The notes below the pieces were generated by a model that did not search any database, was not told where the DNA came from, and was given only the letters and a program-made list of their open reading frames with translations. DNA of 64,000 nucleotides, from contig MU058716.1 of assembly GCA_013265495.1 (NCBI GenBank), forward strand, positions 68,264-132,263. The letters run 5' to 3'. The first letter of the stretch is position 1, and each line of letters starts with the position of its first letter. The stretch is from Vicugna vicugna (taxonomy: Eukaryota). Position numbers and translations under genes: made by a program. Positions 12,837 to 25,824 of the stretch are shown in pieces.

Positions 12837-15830
12837 TTTCATAACCTACATTTTTTCAAATTAGACAGTTTTACACTGAATTGACACAAAAGGAAACTTA
12901 AATTACCAATAGTTTACACGTAAGCTTGATTCCAGTCTCAATGAAAAGAAGCAGAACAAAAACAAAAGCTCTCGGCCAAGCGTCCAGCCCCCCGGGAGCT
13001 GGGCTCAGGCCCCTCCTCCAGCTGCGATTGTCACTGCTCCCCGGGGACACTCGCCTGCCCCGCTGCGGCCTCCCCACGGCCACAGAAGGCGCTCCTGCTG
13101 CTGGAGTGACCAGAAGTGATGCCATCACAGGAGGCCTGGTCAGAACAGCAAGACGCTGACTCCTAAAAAGCAACTACACTGCTTGAAATTCACATCTGGT
13201 GAGGCGCCAGGGTCTCACCCTTACACTTCAGGAGGTGCGGGTCGTCACATAGCTGAACAGGCGAGAGCGCCGTTGTGACTGTGGTACCTCTGACTCTGCA
13301 CCTCGAGACACTGTTGGGGGAGGAAGAGCCACACGGGCAGCTGCACGTGGCAGAGCTGCCCTCCCAGCTTCCTGCCCTGCACCTTCCGTTCTTTTCTGAG
13401 GAGGATCAGAAAAGTGGGGGCCGTTGGGCAGGCGCCCTGGCTTAATTAGAAAGGATGCTGCAAAAATCACCCCCGAGTGGGGTCAACTCTAGAAGCCAGG
13501 ACTGCAGAGGGGGCAGTGTAGGCCACGGCCGCCACAGGCCACCTCCACCCATCCTCCAACGGCAGCAGCACGGGGCCAAGCACACGCCTCCAGGGCCTCG
13601 GGCTCCAAGAGGGTGCGGATTCAGGCGGTGACATTCGGGGGTGACGGTGGCTGGCGACATCCACCTCCTCCTCCAGCACAGACTGCAGCGTCAGGGGATC
13701 TCAGCACTGGGAGCTGGCCTTTCTGACTCCTTCTACAGCACTCACCAGTTTGGGTGCAGGAGGCCAGTTATTTCTGATCTTTCAGCCAGCAATCTCACAA
13801 CCACAAAGAAGCAAGGTCCCCCGTTCCTTCCTGGGGCACCAGCAGCATGGCGCCGTGCGGGCCTCGCGCTAGGACAGAGGCGCTGCTCGAGGGAGACACC
13901 GTTTCCTCCGGCGGGAGGGTTGCGCGAGCCGCCTGTGATTCTAGGTAGACTCATTTCTTACTTTCACTTGAGATCCTGCCAGTTTCTACTTTCTGGATTA
14001 TACCTCAAAAACCCTTTCACATTAGCTGTGATTAGTACATATTTACATACTTTTAGGAAGAGCATGAAAATATTGGAAGGTTTTAATAAGACTTTTCATC
14101 TCCCTTTCACAGCAGCAAAGAGGCAGAGTCAGCCCAACACACCAGTACAAGAGAAAAAGAAAAAAACTCAACGAATTAAAATAATGTTCAAACCACAACA
14201 CTGAGTTTATCTACATCCAGCTCAATAGCAACATTTATAATATATCAGTTTTTATCAGATTTTTCTCTGTAGGGAACCTTTTTAATATGTTCTGATTACT
14301 TACAACTGTACAAGCAAACCACACGCTCCCAAGTGCACAGGTATAATACAGTATCAACTATTTGCACTTACAGGATTTCTCAACAATCTGAAGAAAGACC
14401 AACTGCTTAGGACCTCCCGGTGTCACAGCACCGCCGCCACGTCCTGTCCTGCAGCACGCTCACTCAGCAGCCCGAGCGACACAGAGCCCACGCGGCTGAG
14501 CAGCGGCAACCACTCGCGCCAACCCAGGGGCCGGTCTCATGGACTCTAAGCTGTCCTATACAAAAGTTAAGGCAAAGTCATTTTCAAGTTTAAATAAAAT
14601 TCAAGTCTTTAAATATTGGATGGAAATCATCTTAAAAAAAAAACAAACAAAACCTCAGGCTTGTTAAATAACATTTTGTGGAATAAACTGTATGGTTACA
14701 TTTAGCAGGAAATAATCTTATTTTAACGTCTGCTGCTTAGAACACTTAAAGGAAAAATTTAGGTATTTTAAAACAAAATAACTTATGTTTAACTTTATCA
14801 TCAACTGCTAGCTTTAGTGCATGTGTGTTCTTCTGAGAGCAGCACTTTCAGAAGGGTCCATGAGACCCTCGTCTCGGGAAGAGAGCGGGAAACTGGTCCT
14901 CCACAACCACACGGGCACCACAAACACTTTCTCTCACAATTCAGGAATGTTCCGAGCTGCGCACCAGTGCAGAGGGATGGGGAGGCACCCCGGCAACGGG
15001 CCGATGCAGGAGCCGGCTCCACACCCTCCCTGCCAGCTCGCGGGAGTAAGACAACATCAGGGTATCATTTTGCGATAACGTGTCAGTGGGCAACAAAGTT
15101 TATGTTCTCATGTAGGTTCCATTCACAATGTGCTTTGGGTTTATCTCACATAACAGCCACTTGAGACTGGAGTGAGAAGCTGGTTACTTGCTGGCAGGAC
15201 AGGAGGGCTCTTGGGGTGCTCTGCAGGGTCACTCTGCCCAGGCGATCAAAACGGGCTAGACTTAAGAAAATGCTAGAACCCTTGTCAAGATTCTGAATGG
15301 ATGGACACCTCCAGGCCAGCGTGCGGCGCCCTCTGACCCATACCACCTCCGGGCTACACTCAGCATTGCCCCGTGCCTCAGTCCCACTGTCCTCAGCCTC
15401 ATCCATCGGTCTGGACATCTTAGAGATATGCACTTGCTAACCAGTTATTTTAAAAAATGAAGTAGCATAGTTCTGCTTAATTTAGAAAAACTCACTATAT
15501 ATATAGCTTGCATTCATAGTCACATGGAGGTTTAATAAAAAATATCAATTTGTTAGGATAAATGCATTTTATATCCTGAAAAAAATCAGACTTATGCATC
15601 ATCTCCAGTTAAGCACCAACCTAAAATAAGATTTATATTAATTAAATCCTGAAAAATAGATTTTTTTCAAGAGGGGGGAAATCCGACTCATAGAAGAAAA
15701 ATAACTTGCAGGCACCTCGGGGACCTTATCTACACTGCAACCTCCTAACCAGCAGCTCACTCCCGTCTCGAGAGGGACAGTGCTTCGTTGTGGCGACCCC
15801 AGCTCCTCGCAGCCCGCCAGACCTTGGTAC
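12810..15830 (-). other. LARP4B: 3' UTR of the LARP4B-like gene
   Basis: Follows the stop codon; no recognisable interspersed repeats; AU-rich blocks; ends at AATAAA plus a U-rich tract. Confidence 0.65.
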
Positions 15831-16103
15831 TCACTGAGGGGACCTGGGGAGGGTGCTCTGTTCTCTGTGCGGATGTTGCCCCGCAGCTGGGGGTGAGGGC
15901 CGGTGCCCCAGTGGCCTCCTCTGGTCTCTGGGTGGTTTCGGGCTGGACTTGGGGGCAGGGGGCTCCCTCTCGGCGAGCTTCCTCTCTTCCTTCCCACAGC
16001 CGACAGTGTTTAGCTTCTGCTCTTTTGGGGGCTGCAGTGGGGGCGGCGGCGGCTCCCTACTCGTCCTCTGACAGATCTCTGCGTAGCTGGGTTTTCGCAG
16101 TTC
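15831..16103 (-). CDS. LARP4B: LARP4B-like last coding exon: ELRKPSYAEICQRTSREPP...EQSTLPRSPQ*
   Basis: ttcccag|GAA acceptor; conserved KPSYAEIC motif; TGA at 15833-15831. Confidence 0.95.
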   Translation of the reverse strand, partial: ELRKPSYAEICQRTSREPPPPPLQPPKEQKLNTVGCGKEERKLAEREPPAPKSSPKPPRDQRRPLGHRPSPPAAGQHPHREQSTLPRSPQ

Positions 16104-17078
16104 CTGGGAAGCAGACACAGCTCTGGGGTTACAGGACAGCATGCGAAGGTCAAGGTCACTTGACGTAAAGTTCAAAGAGATTCAACTGTAACTAAATCTC
16201 CACACTCTAAAGTACTGTTACTTTTAAATAAAAAGTTTCCACATTTCAACAATGAGTTTCCACTGCAGCCCATCTTTCCTTCCAAGATACTCTAGAAACA
16301 CGTGGTAAAAACAGGTAAAACTGGAAAAGGTGTGGGGATGCAAAGTGCCAACTAAACTCCTTCCAGCCTCTGGCCTTCTGGCGTTTCTGAGCCACATTCC
16401 AGCCAGAAAGGAGGCGAAGACACCAGACGCCTAGAGAAACACAGAGGCAGCACGTGCTTCCACGCCAGACACCCTGTGCAGCCCAGTGTGAGCCTCAGGG
16501 ATGCAAGGCAGGTGAACTGCAACACGGCTCCAGGGCATCTGGCAACGACCACGGGCTGGGGCTCGGGCAAGAGCTAAAAAGGTTTAAAAAGTGAGCGGGG
16601 CTTGCAGGTAAGTGGAGGATGAAGGTTAAGACAGAAGAGAACATTTAAAGCTACGTCACCTCCATCAACTGCTTATTAACTTAAAAACAACTGTAACTTA
16701 TGAGAAAACCTAGTGGACAAGAAGCGCTTAACTTCCAAATCCAGGTGATTAAAGCCCACCCGGCATCAAGCTGAGGACAACACAGATCAGACAGAAAGGA
16801 GTCGGGACCAGCACCCAGGGGAGGAGACAAGAGGAGGGGCCAGCGGCCTGGGGCGGGGCTGGGCCAGTGGCCCTGGTCCCAACATGCTCAGGTGGCCAGA
16901 AGCCCCTCGGAGCCTGGAGCTGCAAGCCCCAGGCCACTCAGGAAGGCAGCCCCGCTCAGGAGCCCAAGGCTGGGAGACCCTTGGCCGTGGCAGGAGAAAT
17001 GAGCAGAGCGGGCAGTCACGAGTGCCAGCACCCCGCAGGGCACCCTGGACAGAGCACAGCGCCCAGCGGGGCACCTAC

Positions 17079-17187
17079 CGTGGTGGCGCCGTTCACCTGC
17101 ACAGATTTGCTGGCGGTTGTACTCAGGACAGGAGGAAGTCTGAACACATTTGTGGTGTCCCTCTGCTTCTCCACCACCTTGGGATCC
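17079..17187 (-). CDS. LARP4B: LARP4B-like exon, 109 nt: DPKVVEKQRDTTNVFRLPPVLSTTASKSVQVNGATT
   Basis: ttttgcag| acceptor; ACG|gtaggt donor. Confidence 0.92.
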
Positions 17188-17278
17188 CTGCAAAAGTGCC
17201 ACCCAACAGGCCTGTGAGTGCCCCGCCCACGGGCAGCCCAGTGGGGACACGTGGGGATGGGGACAGGGTGGCACTTAC

Positions 17279-17403
17279 TTGGGCGGGCGGGGGAGGAAGG
17301 GAGCATGCTCGATGGTGGTGGGTGTGGCACAGGGGGCCGGCAACAAGGGCTCTTGGGGGACTACCGTGGGAAGAGTGTTCATGCTGTCATCTGCGTTTAG
17401 GCT
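17279..17403 (-). CDS. LARP4B: LARP4B-like exon, 125 nt: SLNADDSMNTLPTVVPQEPLLPAPCATPTTIEHAPFLPRPP(K)
   Basis: ttttcag| acceptor; AA|gtaagt donor; open frame. Confidence 0.9.
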
Positions 17404-17822
17404 CTGAAAACCATCGGAAAAACAGTTTACAACCGGTAGACAAGCGTCTGTGAGACCCCAGACGTAATGACAAATATGTGGCTGACAGTGCTGGAAGCCC
17501 AGGTGTGGTCCTGCCCTGAGGATGGGTGTGCTCAGCCCAGACCAGAGCTGGAAACACAGCCAGGCCGCAGCCGCCCCCATCCTCTTGCAGCTGTCGACGT
17601 ATCTCATCCGAGGCCCTTTTCTGTGGTCCAGCACCACCAGCTGCAGCCCTCCTCCCCACTGGCCAGGCATCGGAAGTCCTCGGTTCACCCTGACAGCACA
17701 GTGCCCAGCACAGCCCGGCACATAACGAGCCTCCTGTGCATGTGGAAGCGAGCAGGTGAGCACAGAGCCCACATAGGTGCTGGGTAGGTGTCAGCGAGCA
17801 GAGGGTGGGAGCTGGGTCTTAC

Positions 17823-17987
17823 CCTTTCTTTGGACGATCCTGTGAGCAATCCAGACAGCCTGTTCTCAAACAAATCCTCTGTCTTCAGATGCCCTGCTGC
17901 CCCGGGCAGCGGGGGGAAGCTGGACAGCCCTAATTCAAAGCTAGGGGACGGAGGCCTGGGTGGTGTTGGAGACTGAGTCTGACTCCT
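17823..17987 (-). CDS. LARP4B: LARP4B-like exon, 165 nt: RSQTQSPTPPRPPSPSFELGLSSFPPLPGAAGHLKTEDLFENRLSGLLTGSSKER
   Basis: tctttcag| acceptor; AGG|gtaaga donor; contains the FELGLSSFPPLPG motif. Confidence 0.95.
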
Positions 17988-20499
17988 CTGAAAGAGAAGA
18001 ACACCGTGAAGTTGCCTGGGGTGGACGGGCAGGAAGGTGCTGAGAAACACAGCAGGTGAGGGAGGCCCACGCTTGGTCCCCAGTCTCCTGGTGTTCACAC
18101 CTGCCTCCAAATGGACAGCTAGTCCAACCATGCCAAGCCGTGGTCACCTGACCAGAGCTCATCTGTTAGGCAAGAGCTCTTCAAGGGCAGAGTTGAGAAG
18201 ATGAAACCTCAGGGCTGTTGCAGCCACGGTCAGAGATGGGGGTAAGAGCCGCATCTGTACGGCCACCAAGACCCTCTGGCAGCCGACACAGACCAGGAGG
18301 ACACAGCAAAGTGCCAGATGCAGAAGAGCCCGAGTCCAGCCTTCACCTTCCTCACTCCTGACAAGTTCCGTGTTATCACAGCAGAGTCTGGAATCTAAGT
18401 CACAAAGGAAACAGTAAAAGAAAAACAGAGGCCACTCTCTCAGCTCCCTACAACTTTTATAAGAAATGTTAGAGAGATTTCCTTTAAAAGAAACAGTTTA
18501 ACAGAAAAAGGGAGGGGGCTTCAGTTATCTGAAAACTAACTTACTGAAATGCCCTGTATTTTAATCAGTAAGTAAAAGCATGGTATTTGCTAAGAGTCTC
18601 ATCATGTCCCCTGACTGTAAGACAGTGACTCAGCGCAGTGATATCTGAGCATGATTTATAAGCCCAGGATCTCAGGAGAAAGGCAGTGACGTATTTTTAC
18701 TGAAACACTGTTAGTCATCCTGCTGGATGCTGTTCTGTAAGCACCCAGCTCCTTGGCTGAAAGGGACAAGGAGCAGACAAGGAACCGCGTTCGTATTCAG
18801 TAGAGCAGGGGCGTTCGCGGTGAGCGGTGGGCCGTGGGCCCCTTCGGCTCTCACAGGGCCCACGAAGCCTGAAAGGGCCAACCTGTCCCAGAAACTTACA
18901 CCAACAGGAAAACCATCCCCGCAGAAGGAAAATCTGGAGAAGACTCTGTTAGCACTCAGGGGAGAGCAGGTGAGGATGAAAGCGGACCCAAGCTGACGAA
19001 GCTCTGTCTTCTGGGCCCCCTGCCTGCATCCCCTGAGTGCCACTGGGGCCCGCGGCAGCCCGACTCAGGCAGGCACGAGCCCTCGGAACGAGGCTGCTGC
19101 ACACTCTGAGGTTCGGCAAGCTCGTGCTCAGACCCCACCAGCTCAGAGCAATTTTTAGAGGCTTTATTTTAAACATCTGCATGTTTCTGAGGTGAACTCA
19201 GCTTTTTAGAAAATACACATTTTTAGGAAAAAATACTTGAAAAAAATTTACTAAGTCTCAATTTCCAGGAACGAAGGAGATGTGTGTAGCATTTTCAGGG
19301 TCTCAACAGCGTTAGGAGAGACACAGCGCTGCCCCTGGTGCCACGGGCCGGGCTGGGCCTCGCCTCCCACTCACACAGTCTGGGACCCACCGCTGGTTTC
19401 TCAGGCCCTCAGACCACCCAGCGCAACAAGAGGCCCACTCTTGAACACACACATCTGCGCCACGTGCTGGGCTTCTAAGTGGCTCCAGGTCCAAACATGG
19501 GAACGGAATGCAAAACAGAATGAAATGGAAATGGCAATGGAAAAAAAATGTCACCTTTGAAGGTGATGTAGTGACTAAAAGGTAACGAGTGTCTGAGGAG
19601 ACATCAGACACAGACTTGTTCATCCAAATGTTACAGGAATTCATTGGTTCCAACGAGAACAGACATAAACTGCCTTACCGAAGGGTTCACCGAAAACTGG
19701 CCTGAAATGACCAATATGACAGAATTAGGGGTGTTCATTTTCTACCAATTTGCCCTTTCCAAGCTCCAGGCAAATACCTGGTACCTTCTGTGAGGAGAAG
19801 GCACATGCTCAGTGGCTCGGGGTGAGACCAAGAATCTCCCCAAGGTCCTTCCCTGCCCTCTACAACCAGCGTCCAAATTCATGCACCCCACCTGGCCATG
19901 TGGGGATGCACGCACCCACCCCAGAGCCCTGCAGAGTGTCCCCCACGGAAGGGGCCATTCAACCACCCCCAGCAGACATGACCACGCCTCAGGTACCCAC
20001 CACCTGCATAAATCATCACTCATTTCTGGGTCTGTCACGACCGTGAGTTATGGCAGGAGGCAACTATGCTCCCTACATAGTGGGGACAGAGTAAGCTACT
20101 GTGAATCAGAAATACTCATGAGCTAATTCCTACGGAGGGGAGGTCTGTTCTGCGTGCCCAAACTTGTAACTCCAGGGATTTCAAAGCAGGTGACGTGGTT
20201 ACCACACAGAAAGAACCCAGCTAGACACCTGAGGACGGACCCCACTGTGCCCACACCGCGCCCTGGCTGCGCCTGTGACCTGCACAGGACACGCGGGCAC
20301 CGGGGGCTCCTCAGGAAACCAGCCACCACCGCCTTCTCTTCAGAGCATCAATACTGTCCATTATCATCTGGCAGACGTCGTAATATGAGGAAACGGCTTT
20401 TGAAAAGCTCCTTCTCGTGCCTTAATTGACTGAATTACACTTCAAGTCTGTTCAGTGTAAACCAGGCTCAGTGTCCCGAGCGCGGCACGATGTACTCAC

Positions 20500-20545
20500 T
20501 GTGAACTTCTCCTCGCTCTTCTTCTGGAAGCCAAAGGAGTTTTTC
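20500..20545 (-). CDS. LARP4B: LARP4B-like exon, 46 nt: KNSFGFQKKSEEKFT
   Basis: ccctag| acceptor; ACA|gtgagt donor; phases fit both neighbours. Confidence 0.92.
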
Positions 20546-23203
20546 CTAGGGAAGAGGAAAGCACAGGACTGTTAAATTTTTCCCCTTGAAACATATTTCA
20601 CTGAGCACATAGGTAGTGCACGTATATTCAGCCTTTATACAGATGACTTCTGATTCTGAATTCCCAACCCTAACGAGCATAAGCAAAACAGACATTTTAC
20701 AGTAATGGACTAAACCTGAGGTCTAGCAAGGTAAGTAAAACACACACTGAAAGGATTTTCCCATTTGGAACTTCTGTTAGCATGCAAATACTTGAGTATC
20801 CGTTCAGTTGTAGAAGATGTGTAAGATCTGATCCTGAGCTACAAAGACGAACCATTAAAGAGCGGTGATGAACGCCCATCTGCGTGGTCATCACCAAGAT
20901 CCCAAGCAGCTGCAGGCGCTCACTGCCCCGGCCTTCATGCTCTGGGCCAACAGCCTTCACTGGCTGAACCAACCACGCAGGTCGCGGAGCCCCTGTGCTT
21001 TCTACACCTGTCTGCCATCCTTACACCCCCATTCTGGGCTCCCAGGTTGCAGAGTCACACCCGCAGGCAGCAGAGCCGTTCCACACGCCGCAGCCAAAAC
21101 TGTGGGTGGTGCCCGGGCTTCCACGGCCTGACAAGCCACATACTAATTCCAGTTCATAATTTTACTTTTATTTACTTATCGATTGTCATTTCACTGAAAG
21201 CAAAGGCTCCCTAAGGGCTGTATTACATAAACTATAAGGGAATTTAGAAATAATCTCAACTAATTCCTTTATTTCTCAGAGAACCTCCCAGCAGCCTTGC
21301 CCAAGATGGCCTAAGGTGTCAGAGTGTGACCCCTGTGCTGAGCAGGGACAGCCTGGCCGCCCCGCTAGGGGAAGCACGGTGCAGGCCTCCAGGACTCTGG
21401 CCCAAAGCCACACCCTCCTGTAGAAACTAGTCCAGAAATAGTCCCCAGCTTTCAAGGGGCTCCCAGCAGATGGAGACTACATGCCTGCCCACAGGATGCC
21501 ACAGGACTGAGGAACATTCTGCCCGTGGTGCATGGGCACAAAGTCATGAAGACGGGCATGACTATGAGACCTCCACCCCGACCCCGGCAGAAGCAGCATG
21601 TCTCGGCCTGGGCTGCAGTCCTACTACAAAGCCCCCCTGCCCTCTGCATTTGAACGACACTCCAGCTGAAAAGCCCTGAAGAGCCCGAGGCCTGGTCTGG
21701 AAACAAGGACCATGAGGGTGTCCTGACCAGCCCCTCCCTGCCGGCTTCACGTCCCAGGGCACCTCAGCTGACCATTCCCCCTTCCTGATGTCTGGCTGGT
21801 GTTGGATGAAGTCCTGGGGTACTCTTTAGGGGGAGCTCGACCCCCTACTGGAGGAGGTCTCCACAAGTTGGACAAACCACACGCATCTTGCTGTGGTCTG
21901 AAGCCGGAAGTGGTGGCAGGACCACCTGAGATGCGTGGCCTGCCCCCACCGTGGAGACGCTGGGCAGTGGCTCTGCACCTGCGGGCCCTATTCCATGCCC
22001 AGGACGATGGCGAGGCCTGGGAACGAGTCTTCCTGGTGGCACTTTTCCCGCACCATCTCTAACCAGCCCTGACTGCGCCCAAGGACCACCTTTCTGAGGG
22101 CCTAGCCTCAGCTCTGCAGGCCCTGCTCCAGGCCCCTCAGTTTACAACCCATGCCGTTCCCCCAGCAGCAGGTGCTTCCTGAGGTCGCTGCGTCTGCACT
22201 TCCTCAGTGTCCCCTCTGCCCCTCAGCCCTCCAGTGCCTGTCCAGCCAACTTCATGTCCAATTTCCTGATGCTACGCAGCCCCGGCCATGCCAACTCCAC
22301 CCAGCCATGGCGAACGGGACATCCACACTGCCCTGGGTGCACACCGGGTGCCTGACGGAGGGGCTTCTGTGTGTCAGACATGGTCCTATCTGCTCTGTAC
22401 AGAACACATGAAGAAATTGTTCTTAAAAGTTTTCCAAGTGGGTAAAAAAAAATCTTAGGCAGGTTGAACACGTGCTGGTTGTGGCTTTGGGTCAGAGGGC
22501 AAGTCCTTCCTGGCAGCCCGTTTGGAATTAACCGCTGAGGGAAGGAAATGGATAAAGCCAGCCTCCACCTGTCAAGGCCGTGCCAGACATCACTGATGAA
22601 CCCTTGCACCCCTCCCCGTTCCCATCTTGTCCCCCGCAGAGGGCGAGACAGGGAGTGGCACCCATGGAAGTGAGCGGGGAGAGGGCACAAGGGGCAGGCT
22701 GTGCAGGACCTGCCAGAGCCATGGAAGGGCAGGCGAGACCTCCCCTAAATGTGGCCAGCGGCACCACGTAACCGGAACAGCACTTGTTTATAAGTAAGTT
22801 CAATATGAATTTAAACTCTGGTCTGCCCGCCCACACAACTCACTGCCTGCCTGCCATATGACTCTGCAGTGGCAGGAGGAGTGAGGCGGGGCGACCACAG
22901 GCTCACAGACCACGGAGTCTGGTCAATTCTCCACAAAGGATGACTGGGACCTAACACGGTTCAGCCCACCCCCAGTCCTCACAGGACGGTGTCCTATCAC
23001 CAAAAAGAGGGAACCAGCAAGTGCCTGCTCTGAAAGTTACCCTCTAAGTAAACACACAAAACCTCTGATGGCTACAGCCTTCAATGTGATTTTCTGTGAT
23101 GGATTTGAAAATAATGATTGCAGAACACACCTTAAATGAATGGAACTTGAAACTACAGTTTATGAAACACCAGGTGCCTGCCCAGCAAAGACTAAGCACT
23201 CAC

Positions 23204-23455
23204 CTTCCTCTACCTAAGCCAGGGGAGGGCTCCAGACTGCTCGGCTCCACGCGCCCCGGCCCTGCGTCTCTCTTGGCGAAGGCTGGAGGGTTCTGTGCCC
23301 GTGCTTGAGGCTGACCTGCCGGCCTCATCTGCGGGCTCTGGACACCATTAATCAGCTGATCCTCAGTGAAGGTAAACATGCAAGGACTTTCCAGGAGCCC
23401 AGGCCCTCTCTCTGCACTGGGGATGGCATGGCATGGATGAGAATTACTAGGGTTC
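23204..23455 (-). CDS. LARP4B: LARP4B-like exon, 252 nt: NPSNSHPCHAIPSAERGPGLLESP...EPSPGLGRG(R)
   Basis: ttatag| acceptor; AAG|gtgagt donor; open frame read manually. Confidence 0.93.
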
Positions 23456-23917
23456 CTATAAATAAAGCATTTGTACAGCTCAGCTCTAGAACGGTCACAG
23501 AGTCACAAAATGAGCATGCTAATACGCAAACGTCTAGGCAAAAGTGTTCTATTTAGAAAAAAATACAAAAAGCTTTATTTAGCATTGTTAACTTATAGTA
23601 TGTCTGATAATGCCAATCTGAAAACAACATCAATGCTCTGCTTGGCTATGGTCCAGGTCCCCAGAAGCCTTTGTCTCCAGTGAGCCTGTCCTTTCTGCAG
23701 GCACCACAGCACACATTTGAGGGTCTAATTCTCAGAGTGCGTGATCCCACACTTCTGGGTGTTTCATGTCTGATGGACATTAACGCTGGTCAAATCTATC
23801 ATCAGCGAGTGTCAGGGGGACTTGAGCACGTGGTGAGGACTGCCAAGGTTTTCCACGTGTCATGTTTCTGCTCTGCTCTGAAAGCACACAGTATGGCGGT
23901 GACCTCATATTACTTAC

Positions 23918-24024
23918 CTGCTTCCTGGAGGGTACTGTCTGAGGGAGGCCAGAGGAAATGCTGCAGGTATGAAGGTGGGAGACGTGAACCCATTTATAAA
24001 TCCAGCATTTGGAAATGGAGTTAC
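23918..24024 (-). CDS. LARP4B: LARP4B-like exon, 107 nt: VTPFPNAGFINGFTSPTFIPAAFPLASLRQYPPGS(R)
   Basis: tctag| acceptor; CAG|gtaagt donor; open frame. Confidence 0.93.
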
Positions 24025-24470
24025 CTAGATTTATTAAGAACAAAGAGACTTCAGTTGGTTAGTGCTGCACCTTGCGGCAACCTGGGTCACCTCTGTTCCA
24101 CGTTATGCAAGGAACGTCCACTCCGAGAAAGGCGCAGCAGGGTGAGGCCCGCTAGAGTGTCTTCTCCTCGGCTGCACTGCTGGGAGCCCACTGCAAAACC
24201 CTTTTCAGATGCACCTCCTTGCACCCCTCATGCTTGCAAGTGCCCCAGCTCTCCTGGAACGTGCAGTCACATTCTGCGTCGTACGAAGGACTACACAGCT
24301 TAGGGAACGCCAGACTGGAGGGAGGCAACCTGGGCAAAGGGCTGGATCACATCACACAAAATGCATTCAGTGTGTGCAGCCAGCCCCCGTGCCTCCCAAT
24401 AAACTGACCATGAGGGCTGCTGCGCTGGGGCAGGTGTCCCCGCCTGAGCCCCACATGAAGCCGGACTCAC

Positions 24471-24695
24471 CAGGGGCGGGTTGAGATAGCTGTGTGTGGC
24501 TGACCAGGCCTGGGGGGCGACCAGGCTGTAGAGAGGGAAGTGCTGCTGGGCGCTGTAGACCGGAGGCAAGTAGAACGAAGGCAAGTAGAACGAGGCCGCG
24601 TAGCGCTGCTGCGTGTAGAGGCTCAAGTTCAGGGGCCGGAAGCCGTTCTTTGGCAAAAATGTGTTTATAGCTATTGCCTTTGCTTTTATCCGCAC
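24471..24695 (-). CDS. LARP4B: LARP4B-like exon, 225 nt: VRIKAKAIAINTFLPKNGFRPLNLSLY...SATHSYLNPPL, with SFYLP duplicated
   Basis: aacacag| acceptor; CTG|gtgagt donor; open frame within ORF 24300..24851. Confidence 0.95.
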
Positions 24696-24776
24696 CTGTG
24701 TTAAAACAGTAAGCTTCTGGGAGAATACTAAGGAACACTGATTCGCACACAAAGTACAGCCAAAGGTCCCGCTTAC

Positions 24777-24830
24777 CTTAATTGGTTTTCCTTGAAAAGT
24801 TTTGACTTCTTCTCGCAGATATTTGTACGC
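24777..24830 (-). CDS. LARP4B: LARP4B-like exon, 54 nt: AYKYLREEVKTFQGKPIK
   Basis: cctcag| acceptor; AAG|gtaagc donor; phase 0/0. Confidence 0.95.
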
Positions 24831-25722
24831 CTGAGGGCAAGAACCATCCATGATACCAATGTGTTAATCTTACGAATAAGACGAATTGACAACTCAGTGC
24901 CTCGAATAAGGAGCTGTGTACTTAACACACGGTGGACGTGACCAAGAACAGTACCCCTTGACCTTTTTGGGTCACACTCCTCAAAAGAACCTGACAGAGG
25001 CTACCGAACTGTCAAAAACTCTCACGAACAATATCTGTATACAGCTTTCTAAGCATTAACAGAAACCACAACAGCATCCCACAGATCACAGGCTAAGAAT
25101 CCTCACCCGGGGAAACAATGACCCCAACGTGCACCTGGAATTACACAGACTGGGAAAGAAAGAGTGAAGATCACAGTGTTCAAGTCATTATTTACGAACC
25201 ACCTCCTTCTCCGCACGTCCCCCACGACCCCGAGGGCTCTGAGCCGCCCCACGTGGGAAGGAGGGCTCGTGCTGCTCCAGACAGGCTCTCCCTCCTCCCA
25301 TTTCTCTGTTCCTGTGAGGCCCTCTTCCCTTCACCCAGTTAAAACCCAGCTTTCAGACCCTGGCTTCTCTGGCCGAGCCCCAGCAGTCTCGCTGACAACA
25401 CCTGGTACTACATACAGGGCACTCCCTACATGGGCGCATGTCTCCCTAAGGAATAGTCTTCCTTTACGGGAAGGGAACCCCCTGAACTCCCTGTCTCCCA
25501 CAGAGAGCCTCTTGACGCTTTTTTAAGGATGTTGCAATGCAACATTGCCCTGCAACGTCAGGGTCAGGTTCAAAACCCCCAAACACTTTTCTAAATATTC
25601 AAACCTTTTTCTGCACAGATGAAAGAGCAGAACCAGTTTTCCTACGCTGTCAGTCTCCCACGTCCTTAGGAAGTCATGCCTGCACTTTCCATGTTGCTAC
25701 AGAACTGTCTGCACACACACAC

Positions 25723-25824
25723 CTGCTCTGGTTTGCTCTGCACTTATGTTCAAACCCAGCACCGCGAAAATTCACAGTTTATGAACTTTGGTAAGTTGTC
25801 TCCTTTAAATAGTGCTTCTACTTC
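25723..25824 (-). pseudogene. LARP4B: Damaged LARP4B RRM exon: EVEALFKGDNLPKFINCEF then divergent SRCWV*T*VQSKPEQ
   Basis: tcctgtag|GAA acceptor intact. Clear homology ends at ~25768; in-frame TGA at 25752-25750. Candidate donors are TGG|gtttga (exon end 25756) and CAG|gtgtgt (exon end 25723). Confidence 0.85.

Noticed and set aside
23671..24303. 210-aa plus-strand ORF
   Set aside because: Antisense to LARP4B exon and intron sequence, TTG start, no recognisable homology
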